Positions 58,418 through 64,000 of a stretch of 64,000 bases of DNA are shown piece after piece. Source of the DNA: Ostreococcus lucimarinus (lineage: Eukaryota); the NCBI GenBank assembly GCA_000092065.1, contig CP000587.1; one strand, given 5' to 3'. The notes beneath the pieces are model-generated. The model made no database searches and was not told where the DNA came from. It worked only from the letters and a program-made list of their open reading frames with translations. The position numbers were made by a program, and so were the translations under genes. The first letter of the stretch is position 1; each line of letters opens with the position of its first letter.

Positions 58418-58968
58418 CTCGACGTAGAGAGTTGTATTTTTTGTATCGATATTTTGAAAATTTGCTGCTCGTATTGGTGGATTTCGAGAGTCAAAAGTGC
58501 AGACAGCAACGTATGCGTCTTAAAGTCTTGATACTGCGACCTGTTCTTGGCTCAAAAGCGCAACAGCGTCGCCCTTTTTTTTTCGTTTTTTTCATGCACG
58601 TGATGGAGTCCATCACGCTAGTTTCTGGTCCGCAGTCGGCTCGCGGCGAGAGCATTCGTGATTCTCGCGGCGGCTGTGGACACCATGGTCGCGGTTGAGC
58701 GCATAGACAAAAGAAATACCGTCTCGCACCCCCCAATGGCGCCCGCCTATTGGTGCTATCGTATCGTTGCCGCGGGCCGCGTCAAAGCGTCGACGAGACG
58801 TCGCGATGAAATATCGCGACAGCTCGCTCGCGCTCGCGCGGCCCGCAGCTCGCTAAAAATGTTGTGCCTCTTCTCGTGCGCGCGCACGAGAAGACTCGCC
58901 AAAGAATTCTCATACCAAACGTATCCTCACTCACTGAGTTTGAAGTGCATACTTCATCGACGGAGCGA

Positions 58969-60786
58969 TTACGCACCTTCCTCGGCGGCAGCCTTCAGCA
59001 CAGCGAGGGCTTCTTGAACCTTGGAGGTGAGCGCGTCCGGAGACTCGATCAAGTGAAGGACCTCCGACTGGTCCATCTCGAGCAACATACCCGTGATCTT
59101 TGCGGCGTTGGCGGCGTCCTTGCTCTCAATGAGCGGGTAGAGGGCTTCACCAAGAATCATGCGCTGTTGATCCGGAGCGGCGGCGGAGAGCTGAGAAGCG
59201 AGAATAGCCATCGGGTTAGCCGCCTCCGCCGGCATCGGCGGCATCGGCATAGCCGCGGCGGCGTTGTATCGCATGTTTTGACGCTGGCCACGGCCACCGG
59301 CCGGGCCACCTCGGCCACCACGGCCACGCTGGGCGCCCGGAACGCCTTGGCGTTGCGGCATCGGCATGCCGTAACCCGGCATGCCCGGCATGCCCGGTCG
59401 CGGTCCGCCCGGCATCACCGGTTGGAAACCGAAGCCTGGTTGCGGTTGCGGCGGCATCATACCCGGAGGCGGTTGGCCGTAGTACATAGGAGCACCTGGC
59501 ACGCCCGGCGGCGGCATGTACGGAGCCATGCCACCCGGCATACCGGCGCCCGGCATGCGCTGCGCGAATTGCGCTTGGAGACGCATGCGGCGTTCTTCCT
59601 TGCGTTGCGCGAGAGCGACATAGAGCGGCTTGGCACCGACCATCTTACCGTTCATCTCCGTCACCGCGCGGGTGGCTTCGTCGGGAGAAGAGAAGGCGAC
59701 GAACGCGGAACCGCGAGAAACGCCCGAGGCGTCACGCATGACGCGGCAAGAGGTGATGGTGCCAAACTCCTTGAACAATTCGCGAAGCTTTTCATCGTCG
59801 GTGCCGTCCTCAAGATTTTTGATGTAGAGGTTGGCGCCCGCCATCTTTTCCATGCGTTCACGGCGTTCTTGGTCGAACTTGGCCTTCAATTCGGCTTCGC
59901 GCTCAGCCTTCTTTTGCGCTCGGCAGACAACCCAAGTCTTTTCATCCTCGGTGTACCCGTCGAGCTTTTCGACCGCGGCCGCCGCGCCTTCAGGTTCTTC
60001 GTAGCACACGAAGCCGAAGCCCTTAGACTTGCCTTCTTCGTCGCGCATGATGACGCAGCTCGTCACCGCGCCGTGCTCGGCAAACTTTTCACGCAACTTT
60101 TCGTCGCTCAAGTTTTCGCTCAAGTTCTTAACATAGACGTTGTTAAACTTGGCTTCGCCGGTGTTCGAGCGCTCGGCACGGCGTTGGAACGGACCGACGT
60201 ACACTTGCTTGTCGTTCAGTTCCATACCGTTGACGTTGTCAATCGCCGCCTGCGCCGCCTCTTGGGTCTCGAATTGCACGAAGCCGTAGCCCTTCGAGTT
60301 CCCTTGGCCATCCATCGCCACCTTGGCGCTCGTGATCGTCCCGAACTGCGCAAAGGTATCGAGCAACGCCTTGTTGTCGATCGCCTTATCGAGATTCTTG
60401 ATGAAGATGTTCCCCACGCCAGATCTTCGCACCGCCGGATCTCGCTGCGAGTACAACACGCGAATCGGCTTCCCGTTGATGACTTGAAAGTTCAACACAT
60501 CAATCGCGTGCGCCGCATCGTTCGGCGATTGAAAGTTCACGTACGCGTACCCGAGCGATCGTCGCGTGATCAAATCCCGGCACACCCGAATCGACACCAC
60601 CGGTCCGATGGATGAGAACTTTTCGTACAGCTGCGCCTCGGTCACCGAGGTCTCCAGGTCCCCGACGTACAGCGAGCTCGTCCCCGCCCCCGGTTGTTGC
60701 GCCGCGGGCGTCGTCCCATCCGCGTTCGCCGTCGCGTTCGACGCTTTCGCATCGTTCGTCACGTTCGTCGCCGTCGCGGCAGACAT
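58969..60786 (-). CDS. PABP: polyadenylate-binding protein (4 RRMs plus a C-terminal MLLE/PABC domain)
   Basis: 605 aa. RRM1 SLYVGDLETSVTEAQLYEKFSSIGPVVSIRVCRD...YAYVNF, then three further RRMs (..NIFIKNLDKAIDNKAL.., ..NVYVKNLSENLSDEKL.., ..NLYIKNLEDGTDDEKL..). Pro/Gly/Met-rich linker. PABC ..KITGMLLEMDQSEVLHLIESPDALTSKVQEALAVL... Confidence 0.9.
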   Translation of the reverse strand: MSAATATNVTNDAKASNATANADGTTPAAQQPGAGTSSLYVGDLETSVTEAQLYEKFSSIGPVVSIRVCRDLITRRSLGYAYVNFQSPNDAAHAIDVLNFQVINGKPIRVLYSQRDPAVRRSGVGNIFIKNLDKAIDNKALLDTFAQFGTITSAKVAMDGQGNSKGYGFVQFETQEAAQAAIDNVNGMELNDKQVYVGPFQRRAERSNTGEAKFNNVYVKNLSENLSDEKLREKFAEHGAVTSCVIMRDEEGKSKGFGFVCYEEPEGAAAAVEKLDGYTEDEKTWVVCRAQKKAEREAELKAKFDQERRERMEKMAGANLYIKNLEDGTDDEKLRELFKEFGTITSCRVMRDASGVSRGSAFVAFSSPDEATRAVTEMNGKMVGAKPLYVALAQRKEERRMRLQAQFAQRMPGAGMPGGMAPYMPPPGVPGAPMYYGQPPPGMMPPQPQPGFGFQPVMPGGPRPGMPGMPGYGMPMPQRQGVPGAQRGRGGRGGPAGGRGQRQNMRYNAAAAMPMPPMPAEAANPMAILASQLSAAAPDQQRMILGEALYPLIESKDAANAAKITGMLLEMDQSEVLHLIESPDALTSKVQEALAVLKAAAEEGA

Positions 60787-61414
60787 CTCGCGTCGTCCTC
60801 AAAAACTCGTTCGCTCGGAACGTCAAGAAATTCGGCGGCGCGATGCGATCGCGTCCCGGGGCGCGTCTCGAGGCGCGCGTTCGCTGTGTTCGGCGACCGT
60901 CGAGCGCGTCGACGTGCGCGAGCGCGTGATGTGCGAAAACGACGTGCGTCCGTCGGCGTCGCGTGAACCGTCGTTCGCGAGCGCGCGCGCGACGTGGAGT
61001 GTCGCGCGCGCGCGCGCACGATGCGCGATGCCGCGACGTCCCGGCGGCGCCGACGCGACGTGCCGTTTAGGGCTTGCGCGCGTCCGCGCGTCCGATCGTT
61101 CGCACATCGAGGTTTTTCGCACAGTGTACGCGATTCGAGTCGACCACGCGCGCGACGCGCGCGATCGCGATATCCGATGCGATCCGCGGACGGCGCGCGA
61201 CGACCGCGAAAAACCCGCGTGGGTCGAGCGACGGGTCGCGACTCGAGCGTTCGGCGCGCGTGTGCGACCATCGAAACGCGCCGTGTGATATCGGCGCCGC
61301 GCGCGGTGTGATTTCGGACGTCCGACGACGCGCGTCGACGCGACGCGCGACCGCGTCGCGCGCGAGTGCGCGACGCGGCGGCGGCGCGACGACGACGCGG
61401 AGTGGTCGGGCGCG

Positions 61415-62803
61415 ATGACGCCGACGACGGCGCGCGCGAGCGCGCGCGCGCGAGCGACGAGGGCGCGTCGCGACGAGGAGGCGGTTTCGGAATCGTCCTC
61501 GGCGATGGACGCGGGCGCGCGCGCGGACGCGGGCGCGCGGACGCGGGCGCGTGGGGGGGGGAGGGGCGCGCGAGAGGAGGTTTTGGAGGAGGAGGAGTAC
61601 GCGGCGCGGTTGGAGGCGATCATCGAGAGGGATTATTTTCCGGATTTGCGAACGAATCGGTTGAAGGCGGCGCTGCTGGAGGCGACGAGACGGGGAGACG
61701 CGCGGGCGATCGCGGCGGTGCATCGAGAGATGAACGTGGAGAGGATGCGAAGAGTTGGTTCTCGGGGTGGGGTGGTGGGGACGCCGAGCATCGGGGGATC
61801 GGGGACGACGGCGCGCGACGCGGAGGCGAGCTGGGAGACGGAGACGCCGCAGAGGGCGAACGATTTTGAAGACGACGACGAAGAGGAGGAATTCGTAGAC
61901 TACGAAGACTACGAAGGACGCGGGATCGAGGGCATGCGTGGGAGATCTACGGCGTACGAGGAGGACCGTCACTTGAGCGTGAATGGGTTTTTGGCCAAGT
62001 ACACGTCGGAGGACAACGCTTCGTTTACCGAAATTGTCAAACAAAGCGAGGCGAAGCGGGCGTTAAAGAAGCGGCATTTGGAAGCCGTCACGGCGCCACC
62101 GTCGCGTCGAGCGGCTTTAATCGCCGCCCTGGCGTCTCATCCCCAGCCGTCATCCGCGTTGGCGCTTGTCGAAGGCGCAGAGGTTGCCGAAAGTGATCCA
62201 TCCGCAGCAAAGGTGGTCGCCGTCGTCGGTCACGATAGCCTGTACACCGCCCCAAATGGTGTGGCTTTGTCGTTAAAAGAGCGCCAACGCATCGTGGCGA
62301 GCGAACCTAAGGTCACGATTGCGGCGAACACGCGATTTGTGGCGCCAAAGCCACGCACAGACGGAAGCGAAGGTAAGCGCGCGGCGCTGAAGCGCTACGA
62401 GCGCGTGCACACACCGAGCATGACTCCGGGCGTCGAAGGGAGCCCAATTATGACGTGGGGTCAAATCATATCGACACCATTACGCTTGGAAGATACGGAA
62501 GAAGAACTAGCGGGCGCGGGGAAGTTTTCGATGAAAGGTTCGAGCGCGAGAGAGCGAAAATTGCGCGAACTCACCGCGCGAAACGCGAGCGGTTCCGCAA
62601 CGCCGACGCCTCGGACGCGACGCGGCGCACCTACGCCGAATGGACTGTCGAAAGCGGGGAAGAGTTTACTCCGACGCGTCACGACACCCGCTCGACGCGC
62701 AGCGACGACGCCGAGAGATAGCGATTTGCGAAAATCATATAGCGGAAGGACGCCGCGAACGACGCCGGCGAGCCATGGCGGGTTACTTAGATTAGACGAT
62801 TAG
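61415..62803 (+). CDS. ESS2: splicing factor ESS-2 / DGCR14 (ES2) homolog
   Basis: ..VLEEEEYAARLEAIIERDYFPDLRTNRLKAALLEA.., ..LSVNGFLAKYTSEDNASFTEIVKQSE.., ..TPSMTPGVEGSPIMTWGQIISTPLRLED.. match conserved ES2 blocks. The first ~30 codons are Arg/Ala-rich, so the start may be the downstream M (MDAGARAD..). Confidence 0.7.
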   Translation: MTPTTARASARARATRARRDEEAVSESSSAMDAGARADAGARTRARGGGRGAREEVLEEEEYAARLEAIIERDYFPDLRTNRLKAALLEATRRGDARAIAAVHREMNVERMRRVGSRGGVVGTPSIGGSGTTARDAEASWETETPQRANDFEDDDEEEEFVDYEDYEGRGIEGMRGRSTAYEEDRHLSVNGFLAKYTSEDNASFTEIVKQSEAKRALKKRHLEAVTAPPSRRAALIAALASHPQPSSALALVEGAEVAESDPSAAKVVAVVGHDSLYTAPNGVALSLKERQRIVASEPKVTIAANTRFVAPKPRTDGSEGKRAALKRYERVHTPSMTPGVEGSPIMTWGQIISTPLRLEDTEEELAGAGKFSMKGSSARERKLRELTARNASGSATPTPRTRRGAPTPNGLSKAGKSLLRRVTTPARRAATTPRDSDLRKSYSGRTPRTTPASHGGLLRLDD

Positions 62804-62874
62804 GTAGTTGCAATGTACTAGTTACATCGAATGCGTTAAGTTATTCTATAGTGTGGAGTCAATCGTGTCACTCC

Positions 62875-63933
62875 CTATACGAGCTCATCGAGCGGGAACG
62901 CTTGCGTGAGCAGTTCTGGAATCGCCTCTGGGTTGTCGAAACGCTGGCGCAGCTCCGTCTCTTGCGTGGGCACTAAGTGCACCGAGTTGCGCAAGTACGT
63001 CGGGTTAACGTCGATGTCCCAGCCGTATGCTTCTTTGATTCTCTTCAACGTTTGTACTTGGCGAGCCGCGGTTGCCAAATGCTCTTCGTACACCAAGTGC
63101 ACGTATTGCCGCTTGCGCGCTCGCATTTCATTCATGAAGAACTCAATCCAGTCGTGTCTTTCTTGGAAAGTTTGCTTGAACTTTTCAAAGTCAAACACAA
63201 CTTGTGTCGGTATGGTTTCGTCCTTCGATTCCGGTTTCAACGGATCCGAGAACTTCATCCAAACACCCGTCTCCTCAGCCGCCGCCAACGAAGCGTATTG
63301 GGCGAGAATGTTCGCGCGCTCAAGGAAGAAGACGTTCGCCTTGGGGAATTCATCCAAGATCGTACGTGCGATGCGTCTGGTCGCTCGAGCACCACCCAAG
63401 GCGTTGTTCCAACCAATTCTCGTCATCACGTACCGATAACCGTGTCTCGCCGCGCCCAACAAAAGCTGATCGAGGAACGTACGCGGGTGGTTCACCAAGT
63501 TGTTGAAGACGTCCTCGTCGACGCCGAGCTGCAAAATCTTCGGCTTCATGTCCCGCGTCACCCAGTCCATCTCTAACGCACGTTCTGACCACAAATCTCC
63601 AATGTCCAAGAATCTGTTGTACAAAGGAATATCAGAGTGGAAACCGGTGTCATCTTCCCAAACCACCGTGTCTTCGTCGGCGTTGAATGCTTGTCGCAAG
63701 AGTTCAGACATCAGCTGTGCGCCGGAACGCGCTGTGTTCGCTAACACCACGAGCTGCGCCGAGACGTCGGCCGTACCGAGCAAGCCCATGCGGCGATTCA
63801 CGAGCTTTTCAGTCATGACATCTACGTTATCAGCCTCGGACCAACGAACTTGATCGAGAATGAAATCGAAAATGAAAGACGAAGGATCGTGCACGTAGTT
63901 GAGCGTCCAGTCTACTAAACGCTGCGTTTTCAC
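62875..63933 (-). CDS. hypothetical protein, possibly a P-loop sulfotransferase (Stf0/Sulfotransfer_3-like)
   Basis: 352 aa of ordinary lower-GC composition. C-terminal ..RKRQYVHLVYEEHLATAARQVQTLKRIKEAYGWD.. resembles the 3' block of Stf0-type sulfotransferases (hl.YEdL..dP...l..i..FLG). Assignment is tentative. Confidence 0.4.
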   Translation of the reverse strand: MKTQRLVDWTLNYVHDPSSFIFDFILDQVRWSEADNVDVMTEKLVNRRMGLLGTADVSAQLVVLANTARSGAQLMSELLRQAFNADEDTVVWEDDTGFHSDIPLYNRFLDIGDLWSERALEMDWVTRDMKPKILQLGVDEDVFNNLVNHPRTFLDQLLLGAARHGYRYVMTRIGWNNALGGARATRRIARTILDEFPKANVFFLERANILAQYASLAAAEETGVWMKFSDPLKPESKDETIPTQVVFDFEKFKQTFQERHDWIEFFMNEMRARKRQYVHLVYEEHLATAARQVQTLKRIKEAYGWDIDVNPTYLRNSVHLVPTQETELRQRFDNPEAIPELLTQAFPLDELV

Positions 63934-64000
63934 CTCGGGATCGCATCCCGTCCACGACTTGCCGAGACTGAAATGATCCAGCGCAGTCGCATCGGGGTAG

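Noticed and set aside
1-64000. A prokaryotic or operon interpretation of the window (given the high GC and lack of introns).
   Set aside because: The gene content is eukaryote-specific: CNOT1, ATR with FAT/FATC, PABP with MLLE, bromodomains, TBC RabGAP, SLC25 carrier, ESS2, PAK1IP1. Neighbouring genes are functionally unrelated and mostly alternate in strand.
1-64000. tRNA or rRNA genes.
   Set aside because: By eye I found no GGTTCGAATCC-type T-loop/acceptor pattern or rDNA-like conserved blocks. This is a weak negative, since I cannot run tRNAscan.

Overview
This 64-kb window looks like nuclear DNA from a very GC-rich (roughly 65-70%), gene-dense, intron-poor photosynthetic eukaryote. The best fit is a Mamiellophyceae-type picoalga (Micromonas/Ostreococcus-like); this is inference from gene content and composition, not a database hit. 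I can support about 40 protein-coding genes, almost all as single uninterrupted ORFs. Intergenic spacers are usually under 300 bp and several are only about 30 bp. Recognisable products include the CNOT1 C-terminus, ADP-glucose pyrophosphorylase, a triose-phosphate/nucleotide-sugar transporter, an NF-YB/POLE3-type histone-fold protein, RCL1, plastid-type UPRT, IspD of the MEP pathway, a tRNA-binding OB-fold protein, an EF-hand protein, a double-bromodomain/GATA zinc-finger chromatin protein, a PhyH dioxygenase, deoxyhypusine synthase, two DUF1995-like paralogs, a SAPS-domain protein, a TBC RabGAP, a plastid-type Cu P-type ATPase, a mitochondrial carrier, an 8.3-kb ATR/Mec1 kinase, a PAK1IP1/MAK11 WD40 protein, a JmjC/cupin protein, an RNase III-like protein with two dsRBDs, a MaoC hotdog protein, a rhomboid-UBA protease, PABP, ESS2/DGCR14 and a sulfotransferase-like protein. 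I found no rRNA, tRNA, CRISPR array or clear mobile element. The ORF track writes M for GTG/TTG codons (for example the ORF at 10 begins gtg), so listed starts are often over-extended. GC-rich sequence also generates many Arg-rich overlapping ORFs that I treat as artefacts. Second-look items are a 3-copy ~74-bp tandem repeat in the AGPase upstream region, a perfect 20-bp-arm hairpin at 54971-55014, two head-to-head gene pairs whose ATGs are only 28-32 bp apart (both involving a DUF1995 paralog, with similar junction sequence), gene-by-gene GC mosaicism, and several unusual domain architectures. I see nothing that qualifies as a clearly novel system; the candidates above are what I would check first.
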